A stretch of 42,639 nucleotides of DNA from Ilumatobacteraceae bacterium (GTDB lineage Bacteria > Actinomycetota > Acidimicrobiia > Acidimicrobiales > Ilumatobacteraceae), in assembly GCA_036736065.1 (NCBI GenBank), contig DAINND010000001.1, positions 16,676 through 59,314 on the forward strand, in the 5' to 3' direction. A program made the position numbers and the translations under genes. Under the pieces are notes generated by a model. The model did not search any database. It had not been told where the DNA came from and worked only from the letters and a program-made list of their open reading frames with translations. The number at the start of each line of letters is the position of its first letter. The stretch's first letter is position 1. Positions 1 through 8,537 of the stretch are shown here, one piece after another.

Positions 1-400
1 TCGCCGGGGCGAGGCGCGGGTAGGCGACCAGACCGCACGCCGGGCAGCGCATCGAACGGTCCGACATCGACTGCTCCGTGGGAGTCGCGCAGCGACCACA
101 GAACCGATGGGTCCGCGCCCACTCGGCGATCTGCACGGCCCGCCCGGCGATCGCCCACTCCACCTCGGTCGAACGCCCGAAGTACGAGTAGAGGTCGAGC
201 GCCGCACCGTACGACGGGTCCTCGCCGTGCGGAACGTCGACGGCCCACACCGCCTCGACCCCGTGCGCACCGAGGAAGTGCACACCCGCACCCTCGATCT
301 CGATGCGGTCGCTGCCGAACACCGACGTGCCGATGACGTGGACGTAGCGGTGGCTGCTGAGCTCGCTGGACGGCTGGTGAGCAGGACTGAAGTTCGACAC
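1..400 (-). CDS. nudC: NADH pyrophosphatase NudC, N-terminal part (3' end lies beyond the window start)
   Basis: Hand translation of the minus strand; it is not in the ORF track because there is no stop in the window. It reads VSNFSPAHQ...AVQIAEWARTHRFCGRCATPTEQSMSDRSMRCPACGLVAYPRLAPA. The HRFCGxC...CxxC...YPR zinc-ribbon segment is the NudC signature preceding the Nudix fold. No stop codons occur in this frame. GTG at 400 is preceded by TATGGT plus 7 nt. An alternative ATG lies at 412. Confidence 0.7.
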   Translation of the reverse strand, partial: MSNFSPAHQPSSELSSHRYVHVIGTSVFGSDRIEIEGAGVHFLGAHGVEAVWAVDVPHGEDPSYGAALDLYSYFGRSTEVEWAIAGRAVQIAEWARTHRFCGRCATPTEQSMSDRSMRCPACGLVAYPRLAPA

Positions 401-407
401 AGGCCCC

Positions 408-417
408 ACCATAGGAT
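408..417. promoter_or_regulatory. Back-to-back -10 boxes of divergent leaderless genes (nudC and thiolase)
   Basis: The plus strand has TAGGAT (412-417), then 6 nt, then ATG 424. The minus strand has TATGGT (complement of 408-413), then 7 nt, then GTG 400. The two hexamers overlap by 2 nt. Confidence 0.4.
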
Positions 418-423
418 CAGCCC

Positions 424-1602
424 ATGACCAACATCGTGATCGTCGACGCAGTCCGCACGCCCATCGGCAAGCGTGGTGGCGGCCTGTCCACCCTCCATCC
501 CGCCGAGGTGCTCGGCACCGTGCAGAAGGCCATCATCGACCGCTCCGGCATCGACCCCGCAGCGGTCGGCCAGGTGGTCGGCGGATGTGTCAGCCAGGTC
601 GGCGAGCAGGCCTTCCACCTCACCCGCCCCGCGTGGCTGGCCGCAGGGCTGCCGCTCAGCGTCGCCGCCACCCCGGTCGCCCCCCAGTGCGGCAGCAGCC
701 AGCAGGCCACCAACCTGGCTACTGCGCTCGTCGGCAGCGGCGTGGTCGACGTGGCCATCGCCTGCGGCGTGGAAGTGATGAGCCGTATCCCGATCGGCAG
801 CAACGGCAACAAGAACCTCGGCCTCGGAGTGCCCATCCCCCGCACCTACTTCGAGCAGTACGAGATGACGAGCCAGTTCGAAGGCGCCGAGCGCATCGCC
901 GACCACTGGGGCATCACCCGCGACGACACCGACGCCTTCGGCCTGTCGAGCCAGCAGCGCGCCGCCCAGGCCTGGGCCGAGGGCCGCTTCGACGGCCAGT
1001 TCGTGACCGTGGAGTCCCCCGAGGTCGACGCCGAGGGCAAGCCCACCGGCAACACCCGCACGATCAGCCGCGACGAGGGCATCCGCGAGACGTCACTCGA
1101 GAAGCTCGCCACGCTCAAGCCGGTGGCACGCGAGAACGGCGTCCACACCGCGGGCAACTCGAGCCAGATCAGCGACGGCGCTGCAGCCGTGCTCCTCATG
1201 ACCGAGGAGCGGGCCGCCGAGCTCGGCCTGCGCCCCCGGGCGCGCATCGTCGACACCTGCCTCGTCGGCGTCGACCCGGTGCTCATGCTCACCGGCCCGA
1301 TCGACGCCACGCAGAAGATGCTCGCCCGCACCGGGATGTCGATCGACGACATCGACGTGTTCGAGATCAACGAGGCCTTCGCCTCGGTGGTGCTCGCCTG
1401 GCAGAAGGAAGTCGGCGCCGACCCCGCCAAGACCAACCCGAACGGTGGGGCGATCGCGCTCGGCCACCCGCTCGGCGGCACCGGGGCGTTCCTCATGACC
1501 AAGGCGCTCTACGAGCTCGAGCGCAGCGGCGGCCGCTACGGCCTCGTGTCGATGTGCTGCGGCGGAGGCCTCGGCACGGGCACGATCATCGAGCGGCTCT
1601 GA
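424..1602 (+). CDS. Thiolase (acetyl-CoA C-acetyl/acyltransferase family)
   Basis: 392 aa ORF. N-terminus is IVDAVRTPIGK. The active-site Cys context is QCGSSQQA. The C-terminus has NPNGGAIALGHPLGGTG and CCGGGLG, the His and Cys motifs of thiolases. Confidence 0.92.
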   Translation: MTNIVIVDAVRTPIGKRGGGLSTLHPAEVLGTVQKAIIDRSGIDPAAVGQVVGGCVSQVGEQAFHLTRPAWLAAGLPLSVAATPVAPQCGSSQQATNLATALVGSGVVDVAIACGVEVMSRIPIGSNGNKNLGLGVPIPRTYFEQYEMTSQFEGAERIADHWGITRDDTDAFGLSSQQRAAQAWAEGRFDGQFVTVESPEVDAEGKPTGNTRTISRDEGIRETSLEKLATLKPVARENGVHTAGNSSQISDGAAAVLLMTEERAAELGLRPRARIVDTCLVGVDPVLMLTGPIDATQKMLARTGMSIDDIDVFEINEAFASVVLAWQKEVGADPAKTNPNGGAIALGHPLGGTGAFLMTKALYELERSGGRYGLVSMCCGGGLGTGTIIERL

Positions 1603-1795
1603 GCCGCTGGCGAGCCCGTACGCGACGAATCGACACCTGCCGCCGCACCCCGGGGGTCTCCACTCCGGGGGGCGCCGCGTCCCGACCCTCCTCGCCCCGC
1701 TGCTCGCCATCGGCATCGGCATCGGCATCGCATCGTGCACGGATGAGCCACTGCAGCCGACGGGACCTGTCGAGGCCAACGCGTCGATCGTCTAC

Positions 1796-2185
1796 GTGAT
1801 CGACGGCGACACCGTCATCGCGGCCTTCGACGGACGCGAGGAGACCGTCCGACTCATCGGGATCGACACGCCGGAGACGAAGAAGCAGAACGTCCCGGTC
1901 GAGTGTTATGGCCCGGAGGCAACGGCCCGCACCACCTCACTGCTGCCCAAGGGCGCGCCCGTCCGGATCGAGCGCGACGTCGAGGCCCGCGACGACTTCG
2001 GTCGCCTCCTCGGCTACGTCTACCGGGCGAGCGACGGCTTGTTCGTCAACCTCGATCTGGTCGCCACCGGCCACGCGACCGTGCTGAGCATCCGGCCGAA
2101 CACGACCTTCCGCGACGACTTCGTGGACGCGGCGCGTGCCGCCGAGCGCGCCAACCTCGGCCTGTGGGGAGCCTGCCCGGGGTAA
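1796..2185 (+). CDS. Staphylococcal-nuclease-like thermonuclease; probably longer at the N-terminus (see findings)
   Basis: Contains IDGDTV...VRLIGIDTPE...ECYGPEA...GRLLGYVY...LVATGHA...AERANLGLWGAC, the SNase/thermonuclease fold motifs. The same frame upstream (1673-1738) encodes RRVPTLLAPLLAIGIGIGIASC, a lipoprotein signal, but has no ATG/GTG/TTG. Confidence 0.8.
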   Translation: MIDGDTVIAAFDGREETVRLIGIDTPETKKQNVPVECYGPEATARTTSLLPKGAPVRIERDVEARDDFGRLLGYVYRASDGLFVNLDLVATGHATVLSIRPNTTFRDDFVDAARAAERANLGLWGACPG

Positions 2186-2196
2186 CGTGGGCCGTG

Positions 2197-3030
2197 ATGA
2201 CGTCGCTCGTGGAACGACTCGGGCACCCCGCCGACACTCGCGTCCTGATCGTCTCCTGCGACGACCTCGGCTCGTGCCACGCCGCCAACCTCGGCGTGTA
2301 CGCAGCGCTCCACGACGGCCTGGCCACCTGCACGTCCCTGATGGTGCCCGCACCCTGGGCTCGGCACGCGGTGGCCGGCGCACGACCGGGCGACGACATC
2401 GGGGTGCACCTCACGCTCAACTGTGAGCACGACGAGTACCGGTACGGCCCCATCACCCATGCGCCGTCGCTGCTCTCCGGTGAGGGTGGCTTCCCCCGGG
2501 ACCTCGACGACCTCTGGGAGCACGCCGACCCGGCCGAGGTCCTGCGCGAGTGCCGCGCCCAGGTGGAGCGGGCGATGGCCTGGGGCCTCGACGTCACCCA
2601 CCTGGCACCGCATCTGAGCGCCATCACGCTGCGACCCGAGTTCTTCGACGTCTACCTCGAGCTCGCCGTCGACTTCCGTCTGCCGATCCGCTTGCCGTCG
2701 ACGATCAGCACCGAGCAGGCCGGGTTCCCGTTCCGCCAGCTCGCCCGCGACGAAGGGGTGCTGTTCCCCGACCACTTCGACCACGACTGGAGGCCCGGCA
2801 GCCGGGACCGGGTGCTCCACGCGCTGGCCGACCTCCGACCAGGCGTCACCGAGGTCCACGTGCAGCCCGCGGCCGACACCCCCGAGCTGCGTGCGCTCAC
2901 CCCGCACGCGCAGGACTGGATCGACGACCTCGCACTGATGACCTCCGACGAGCTGCGCACGGCGATCGACGGCAGCGGCGCCGTGCTGATCGGCTACCGC
3001 GAGCTCAGGGACGCGATGCGAGCCGGCTGA
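2197..3030 (+). CDS. YdjC/ChbG-family carbohydrate deacetylase-like protein
   Basis: Reads MTSLVERLGHPADTRVLIVSCDDLGSCHAANLG...VHLTL...THL..H. The N-terminal D-D-x-G...H pattern and the length are typical of the YdjC family. ATG 2197 (or GTG 2194) lies just after the nuclease stop at 2183-2185. The longer track ORF starting at 1903 overlaps the nuclease gene. Confidence 0.75.
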   Translation: MTSLVERLGHPADTRVLIVSCDDLGSCHAANLGVYAALHDGLATCTSLMVPAPWARHAVAGARPGDDIGVHLTLNCEHDEYRYGPITHAPSLLSGEGGFPRDLDDLWEHADPAEVLRECRAQVERAMAWGLDVTHLAPHLSAITLRPEFFDVYLELAVDFRLPIRLPSTISTEQAGFPFRQLARDEGVLFPDHFDHDWRPGSRDRVLHALADLRPGVTEVHVQPAADTPELRALTPHAQDWIDDLALMTSDELRTAIDGSGAVLIGYRELRDAMRAG

Positions 3031-3247
3031 TCGCGGCCGCAGCGACCCCGCTGCGCAGGACGTCGAACAGCGCCCCCGTCGAGCCGGACGCCTTGAGCTT
3101 GCCCTGCATGAACGCCACCGACGGATCGAGCAAGGCGTCGCTGGCGGCGACGGTGATGACGACGTCGGCGTCATCGGGGCCCTCGACGGCTTCGTCCTGC
3201 TTGCCGAACACGACGCGGTACTGGACGGAGGCGGACGCCGTCATCAC
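3005..3247 (-). CDS. Small SCP2 (sterol-carrier-like) domain protein
   Basis: 80 aa. VVITVAASDALLDPSVAFMQGKLKASGSTGALFDVL resembles the C-terminal SCP2 motif (FMxGKLKxxG). The GTG/ATG start at 3247/3244 overlaps the mca stop (GTGATGA), which implies translational coupling. Confidence 0.55.
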   Translation of the reverse strand: MMTASASVQYRVVFGKQDEAVEGPDDADVVITVAASDALLDPSVAFMQGKLKASGSTGALFDVLRSGVAAAAISRLASRP

Positions 3248-4176
3248 TGCACCGCACCCTGCCGGGCCAGGTCCCAGGTGGTGCCGGGCACGCCGGTGAA
3301 GAGGTCGATCTCGACCTCACCGTCGAGCGGCATGCCGACCAGCGAGCGGGCGAGGATCCAATCCTCGTAGGGGTAGACCTCGGCGAGCTCGTGGTCGTCG
3401 AGCCCGAACCACCACGCCTCGGTCGGATCGACCTGGGTGGCGTGCGCCTTCAGCGCCCCACTGCGCGCCCAGAGGTAGGCGCCGATGTCGACCTTGGTGG
3501 TGATGCGGTGGTCGGCACCGGGCCGATCGAGCCAGGCCTGGTCGAACGGTGACTCGCCGCGCAGGCGGAGCATCCCCTCGTGGACGGCCATCAGCCGGGC
3601 CTTCGACCACGACGAGTAGTAGAGCTTGAGCGGCTGCCAGGCTGGGCCGAGCTCGGGGCGCCACGACGGGTCGGCAGCACGGTCCCACGCCGCCACCGTG
3701 ACCTCGTGCACCTTGAGGTGGTCCGGATGCGGGTAGCCCTTCTGGTCGTCGCCATAGGTGATGATCACCTGCGGACGCTCGCGCCGGATGACCGCCACCA
3801 GCCGCGCCGCAGCTTCCTCGATGGGCGCCATGTGGAAGCAGCCCGGATGCTCGTTGGCCGGCGAGTCCGGCATGCCCGAGTCGCGGTAGCCGAGCATCTC
3901 GACATGGTCGAACCCGATGATCTCCGCCGAACGGGCGAGCTCGAGCGGACGCAGCCGGGCGAGCAACTCCCGGTCCTGCTCGGGGGTCAACCCGTGGAAG
4001 GGCTGGCCGGGCTCGCGCAGGTGCGGGTTCTGGAGGTCTCCCTCCTCGCCGCCGGTGCAGCACACCAAGACGGTCCGCACGCCGAGCGCGCCGTACATGG
4101 CCAGCGTGGGCGCACCCTTCGAGGCCTCGTCGTCGGGGTGCGCGTGCACGGTGAGCAGGCACAGCGGTGACGTCAC
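3244..4176 (-). CDS. mca: Mycothiol S-conjugate amidase (LmbE/PIG-L family)
   Basis: Contains LLTVHAHPDDEASKGAPTLA...CCTGGEEG...GYRDSGM...ITYGDDQKGYPHPDHLKVH...LKAHATQVDP...LFTGV. It is collinear with mycobacterial Mca, including the C-terminal region that MshB lacks. Start GTG 4176 is preceded by TAGCGT plus 7 nt. The track ORF extends to 4227. Confidence 0.8.
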   Translation of the reverse strand: MTSPLCLLTVHAHPDDEASKGAPTLAMYGALGVRTVLVCCTGGEEGDLQNPHLREPGQPFHGLTPEQDRELLARLRPLELARSAEIIGFDHVEMLGYRDSGMPDSPANEHPGCFHMAPIEEAAARLVAVIRRERPQVIITYGDDQKGYPHPDHLKVHEVTVAAWDRAADPSWRPELGPAWQPLKLYYSSWSKARLMAVHEGMLRLRGESPFDQAWLDRPGADHRITTKVDIGAYLWARSGALKAHATQVDPTEAWWFGLDDHELAEVYPYEDWILARSLVGMPLDGEVEIDLFTGVPGTTWDLARQGAVQ

Positions 4177-4183
4177 GGCGAGC

Positions 4184-4189
4184 ACGCTA
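4184..4189 (-). promoter_or_regulatory. -10 box (TAGCGT) for leaderless mca
   Basis: The minus strand reads TAGCGT-gctcgcc-GTG(4176). Confidence 0.35.
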
Positions 4190-4234
4190 CCGAGTCGCAG
4201 CGCCGAGCGCCGCACCCCGAGGCCCACTCAGCCG

Positions 4235-4240
4235 TAGTAT
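4235..4240 (+). promoter_or_regulatory. -10 box (TAGTAT) for the leaderless PEBP lipoprotein gene
   Basis: Reads TAGTAT-cggcgc-GTG(4247). Confidence 0.4.
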
Positions 4241-4246
4241 CGGCGC

Positions 4247-4909
4247 GTGCTCGCGCGCCGCCATCGCCTCCCGCTCGCCATCGCCGCCACCGCGGTGCTC
4301 CTCGCCGCCTGCAACGACGACGGCCGCACGCTGCGACCGGCCGGCCCCGACCAGAACGACAGCGTGTCGACATCGGTGGCCACCACACTTGCCATCGAGG
4401 ACGGTGGGATCCCGCTCACCCTCCCACCGACGCTGCCGCCGACCCTGCCGATCACCACCGGGGTCGGACCCATCGAGCTGCAGATGACCGCTCCGTGGGT
4501 GGAGGGTGGGACCATCGACAGGTACTACACCTGCGACGGCGCCGGAGTGTCGCCCGCGCTGGCCTGGACGCCGGCGCCGGCCGGCACCCAGGAGATGGCC
4601 GTCAGCCTCGTCGACGAGACGACCGGGGCGCTGCACTGGGTGATGACCGGCATCGACCCGCTGGCGACGAGCCTGCTCGAGTCCGAAGTGCCCGAATTCG
4701 CCTCCGTCGGGGTCAACAGCATGGGCCAGACGGCCTATTCGGGACCCTGCCCACCCGCTGGCCAGACCCACGTCTACCGGGTCACTGTGTACGCGTTAGC
4801 CCAGCGTACGGAGCTCGGAGACGGTGCCGACGGGGCTGTCCTGCTGGCCGCGATCGAGGGATCGGCGTTCCTGTCGACGAGCGTCTCCGGGTCGTATAGT
4901 CGTCCCTGA
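4247..4909 (+). CDS. YbhB/YbcL-type PEBP (Raf-kinase-inhibitor-like) lipoprotein
   Basis: The N-terminus has signal plus lipobox AVLLAAC. The C-terminal half reads YTCDGAGVSPALAW...QEMAVSLVDE...HWVM..I...GPCPPAGQTHVYRVTVYAL, the bacterial PEBP signature. Confidence 0.8.
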   Translation: MLARRHRLPLAIAATAVLLAACNDDGRTLRPAGPDQNDSVSTSVATTLAIEDGGIPLTLPPTLPPTLPITTGVGPIELQMTAPWVEGGTIDRYYTCDGAGVSPALAWTPAPAGTQEMAVSLVDETTGALHWVMTGIDPLATSLLESEVPEFASVGVNSMGQTAYSGPCPPAGQTHVYRVTVYALAQRTELGDGADGAVLLAAIEGSAFLSTSVSGSYSRP

Positions 4910-4913
4910 GGGC

Positions 4914-7028
4914 GTGGCGGCGCACTCGCCGCATGCAGATTCCGATCAGACGGGAGTCATCATCGACCAGTCGCTCGCCTCGGTGCCGGTCTCAGTGTTC
5001 CAGACCGATCTCGATGGCCACCTCACGGCGGCCAACGCAGCGTTCCGCGCCCTGGCACTCGGTGGTGAAGCCCCCGGGCCGCGCACGGCGCCGTGGTCGA
5101 ACGCCCACCCGTCCGACCGGGCGAGCGCAGAGCTCACCTGGCGGACCGCTGTCGAGCAGCAGGGCGTGGTCGCCCTGTCGTTCCGGGTGTGGCATCGCGA
5201 CGGCCGACTGCGCTGGGTCCGCCTCTCGGCGAGCCCGCACCGCGACTCGGCGAACCGGGTGATCGGCTACGCCGGCGTCGCGCTCGACGACACCGACGCG
5301 ATCGCCGACCAGGCGCTGCTGTCGAGGTTGCGCGGGGTGATCGATCCGTCCTCCGACGCCGTGCTGGTGCTCGACCGCAACGGTGCACCCGTCTACACCA
5401 ACGCCGCCGCTCGCGAGCTGTTCGGGGTGGAGGACCCGGTCGACCTCGTGCGCGACCCATCGGTGCGCGCCCTGCTACAGACGATCCGCGACCAGATCCC
5501 GCGCGACCTGCTCACCGCCTCGACCTCGGTCCAGTGGTCGGCAGAGACGACCTTTCGGGGGCCGGACTCGCTCGAGCGGCTGCTCGATGTCGACATCGTG
5601 ATCCACCGCGACGACCACGGCGTGATCGAGTACTGGGGTGCGGTCATCCGCGACGTCACCGATCGCAACCGCATCCAGGCCGAGCTGCTCCACCAGGCCA
5701 CCCACGACGGCCTGACGGGCTTGCCCAACCGGGTGATGCTCCTGCGCAACACCGCCGACGAGCTCGAACGGATCCGTGGGTCGCGGAACCAGGTCGCACT
5801 GCTGTTCCTCGACGTCGACAAGCTGAAAGACGTCAACGACAACGCCGGCCACGACGTGGGTGACGCTCTGCTCGCCCAGGTCGCCCAACGGATCGTCCAC
5901 GCCACCCGGCCGTCGGACGTCGTCGCCAGGATCGGCGGGGACGAGTTCGTCGTGCTCTGTCGCGGCACGATCGAGGAGAACGACGCCCTCGATCTGGCCG
6001 AGCGGATCCGGCTCGCCCTCACGGGCCGGTTGATGGTGCGCGGCTTCGAAGTCGACCTGACGGTGAGCGTCGGCCTCGCCCTCGCGTCGGCAGCGATGCT
6101 CGAGGGCACCTCGGCCAGCGATGCCGCGCTCAACCTGCTCAATCACGCCGACGCAGCGATGTACACCGCCAAGCGCCGCGGCCGTTCGCGGGTCGAGATG
6201 TACACCGAGGCGATGCGGACCCAGACCAGCGAGCAGCGCCAGCTCGCCGGCGAGCTCGAACGGGCCCTGGCCAACAACGAGCTGGTCCTCGCCTACCAGC
6301 CGATCATCTCCACCCATACTGGCCGTGCCGTCGGAGCCGAGGCGTTGCTGCGCTGGAACCACCCGACCCGCGGCCGGTTGATGCCGGCGCAGTTCCTCGA
6401 CCTCGCCGTCGAATCGGGCGCGATCGTGCCGATCGGCGAGTGGGTGCTCAGCCAGGCGTGCCGCGACACGACGGCATGGATGGCAGCTGGCCTGGTCGAT
6501 CGCACGTTCAGCGTGCACATCAACGTCGCCGGACGCCAGTTGCAGGAGGACACCTTCGTCGAGCGGGTGCTGTCGCTCCTGCGCTCGATGGACCTCGCTC
6601 CGTCGCAACTCACCCTCGACCTCGACGAGGCCACCATCTATGACACGCAAGGTGGTGCGATCCGCGCCGTCCAGGCCCTTCGCCGATTCGGCGTGCAGTT
6701 GGCCCTCGACGACTTCGGCGTCGGCGTGTCGTCGCTCACCGCGCTGCGCCAGTGCGGCGCCAATGTCTTGAAGCTCGACGGCACCGTGGCCCGCAACCTC
6801 GGCGCGACCGGCGACGACGACCCCATCGTGCGGGCGATCATCCAGCTCGCCCACGCCCTCGAGATGCAGGTCGTCGCCGAATGGGTGACCTCTGCCGATC
6901 AGCTCCACCGCCTGCGTGTGCTCGGGTGCGACATGGTGCAGGGCTACCTGCTCGGCGAGCCCACGGGGGCCGAGCAGTTCGCACCGCGAGGTTCGACGAG
7001 CCGGACGGCCTCCGACCTCACTCGCTGA
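4914..7028 (+). CDS. PAS-PAS-GGDEF-EAL c-di-GMP turnover protein
   Basis: Two PAS-like segments are followed by DGLTGLPNR...LDVDKLKDVND..GH..GD...RIGGDEFVVL (intact GGDEF). Then come ELVLAYQPI...GAEALLRWNHP...DDFGVG.SSL...QGYLLGEP (intact EAL). GTG 4914 lies directly after the upstream stop. The track ORF starts at 4824, inside the previous gene. Confidence 0.88.
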   Translation: MAAHSPHADSDQTGVIIDQSLASVPVSVFQTDLDGHLTAANAAFRALALGGEAPGPRTAPWSNAHPSDRASAELTWRTAVEQQGVVALSFRVWHRDGRLRWVRLSASPHRDSANRVIGYAGVALDDTDAIADQALLSRLRGVIDPSSDAVLVLDRNGAPVYTNAAARELFGVEDPVDLVRDPSVRALLQTIRDQIPRDLLTASTSVQWSAETTFRGPDSLERLLDVDIVIHRDDHGVIEYWGAVIRDVTDRNRIQAELLHQATHDGLTGLPNRVMLLRNTADELERIRGSRNQVALLFLDVDKLKDVNDNAGHDVGDALLAQVAQRIVHATRPSDVVARIGGDEFVVLCRGTIEENDALDLAERIRLALTGRLMVRGFEVDLTVSVGLALASAAMLEGTSASDAALNLLNHADAAMYTAKRRGRSRVEMYTEAMRTQTSEQRQLAGELERALANNELVLAYQPIISTHTGRAVGAEALLRWNHPTRGRLMPAQFLDLAVESGAIVPIGEWVLSQACRDTTAWMAAGLVDRTFSVHINVAGRQLQEDTFVERVLSLLRSMDLAPSQLTLDLDEATIYDTQGGAIRAVQALRRFGVQLALDDFGVGVSSLTALRQCGANVLKLDGTVARNLGATGDDDPIVRAIIQLAHALEMQVVAEWVTSADQLHRLRVLGCDMVQGYLLGEPTGAEQFAPRGSTSRTASDLTR

Positions 7029-8346
7029 GCGCGAGCCCCTCGAGCAGGTCACCGAACTTGTCGATCGCCGCGGCGCGCCGCGTGGGCAGGTGCTCGAGCG
7101 GCGGATCACTCGCCCGGTAGCGCTTCAGCACCTGGCGAGCCACGGTGACCTTGTGGACCTCGTCGGGACCGTCGTAGATGCGCGCGGCGCGTGCCGCCCG
7201 GTACATCGACTCGAGCGGCAGATCGGTGGTGTACCCGAGCGAACCATGGATCTGGATCGCCCGGTCGATCACGTTGTAGAGCACCTTCGCGCCCCAGAAC
7301 TTGATGCCCCCGATCTCGATGCGCGCATCGCTGTAGTGGCGTCCGGCTGCGTGCAGCTGGTCCATCTTCCACGCCGCTTGGAGCGTGAGCAGACGAGCGG
7401 CCTGCATCTCGGCGTAGCTCTCCGCGATCCAGTCCTGCACCATCTGCTTCTCGGCGAGCAGCGAGCCGTGCGTGTAGCGGGTGAGCGCCCGCTCACAGAG
7501 CATGTCGAAGGCTCGCTGGCTCTGCCCCAGCCAGCGCATGGCGTGGTGGATGCGGCCCGGGCCGAGGCGCTTCTGGGCGAGGGCGAACCCCTGTCCGATG
7601 CCGGCCTCACCGCCGACGATGTTGTCGAACGGCACGCGCACGTTGTCGTAGCGGATCTCGGCGTGGCCGCCCGGCTCACCGGTGCGATGGTCGGGCTCCC
7701 CCATCGTCGGGACGTCGCGCAGGATGTTCACACCCGGCGTCGAGGTGGGCACGATGACCATCGAGTAGTTGCGGTACGGGGTCTCGTGGTCGCCGGTCTT
7801 CACCATCACGATCAGGAAGTCGGCGATCGACGCGTTCGACGAGAACCACTTGTGGCCGTTGATCACCCACTCGTCGCCGTCGCGCTCTGCCACCGTCGAC
7901 AGCAACGTCGGGTCCGCTCCGGCGCCGGGCTCGGTCATCGAGAAGCAGCTGCGCAGCTTGCCGTCGAGCAGCGGCTGCATCCACTGCTCGCGCTGGGCGG
8001 GCGTGCCGCCGACGGCGAGCAGCTCGGCGTTGCCGCTGTCGGGTGCGTTGTTGCCGAAGATCGACGGGGCGTAGCCGCACTGCCCGAGGATCTCGTGCAT
8101 CAGGCCGAGCTTCACCTGGCCGAACCCGAGCCCGCCCATGTCGGGCGGCAGGTGGGCGGCCCACAGGCCCTGGCGCCTCACCTCCTCTTTCAGCGGGGCC
8201 GTGATCTCCATGAAGCGACGCCGGCCCTCCGGCGTGCGCCACACATGGGCGAGCGTCTCGAGCGGGATGATCTCCTCGCGCACGAACGTGCGCATCCAGT
8301 CGAGCTTCTCCTGGAACTCGGGCTCGGTCGCGAAATCCCATGCCAT
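7018..8346 (-). CDS. Acyl-CoA dehydrogenase family protein
   Basis: The ACAD fold is present throughout (FSMTEPGAGADP, WFSSNA, GGHAEIRYDNVRVP, IHGSLGYT). ATG 8346 is preceded by GGGGAG. The track start at 8355 is a TTG. Confidence 0.88.
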   Translation of the reverse strand: MAWDFATEPEFQEKLDWMRTFVREEIIPLETLAHVWRTPEGRRRFMEITAPLKEEVRRQGLWAAHLPPDMGGLGFGQVKLGLMHEILGQCGYAPSIFGNNAPDSGNAELLAVGGTPAQREQWMQPLLDGKLRSCFSMTEPGAGADPTLLSTVAERDGDEWVINGHKWFSSNASIADFLIVMVKTGDHETPYRNYSMVIVPTSTPGVNILRDVPTMGEPDHRTGEPGGHAEIRYDNVRVPFDNIVGGEAGIGQGFALAQKRLGPGRIHHAMRWLGQSQRAFDMLCERALTRYTHGSLLAEKQMVQDWIAESYAEMQAARLLTLQAAWKMDQLHAAGRHYSDARIEIGGIKFWGAKVLYNVIDRAIQIHGSLGYTTDLPLESMYRAARAARIYDGPDEVHKVTVARQVLKRYRASDPPLEHLPTRRAAAIDKFGDLLEGLALSE

Positions 8347-8537
8347 GTCGTCCAACTCCCCTGGTCGGTCGTGCGGTGAGCGGTGTGGTCGGCCCTCTGC
8401 ATCACCCCCACTGGTCTCGCTCCGGACTGTAGCGGTGGCAGGAGGTGCGTGTGGATGTCGGCGACGACTGCACGCCCGGCGCAGGGACGTGACATCATCG
8501 GCTCCGTTGACCCTCGCTTGCGGGTGACGCCGAGCCG

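Noticed and set aside
7018-7028. Convergent gene overlaps considered as possible antisense regulation: 7018-7028, 21882-21889 and 3005-3030.
   Set aside because: Short 3' overlaps of convergent genes are common in compact GC-rich genomes. There is no additional structure or motif to support a specific mechanism.
8356-8537. The largest intergenic gap (182 bp), examined for a riboswitch, sRNA, small ORF or operator palindrome.
   Set aside because: I could identify no convincing conserved structure, palindrome or coding signal by eye. A TTGACC at 8508-8513 has no acceptable -10 at the right spacing. It is left unannotated as a divergent control region.
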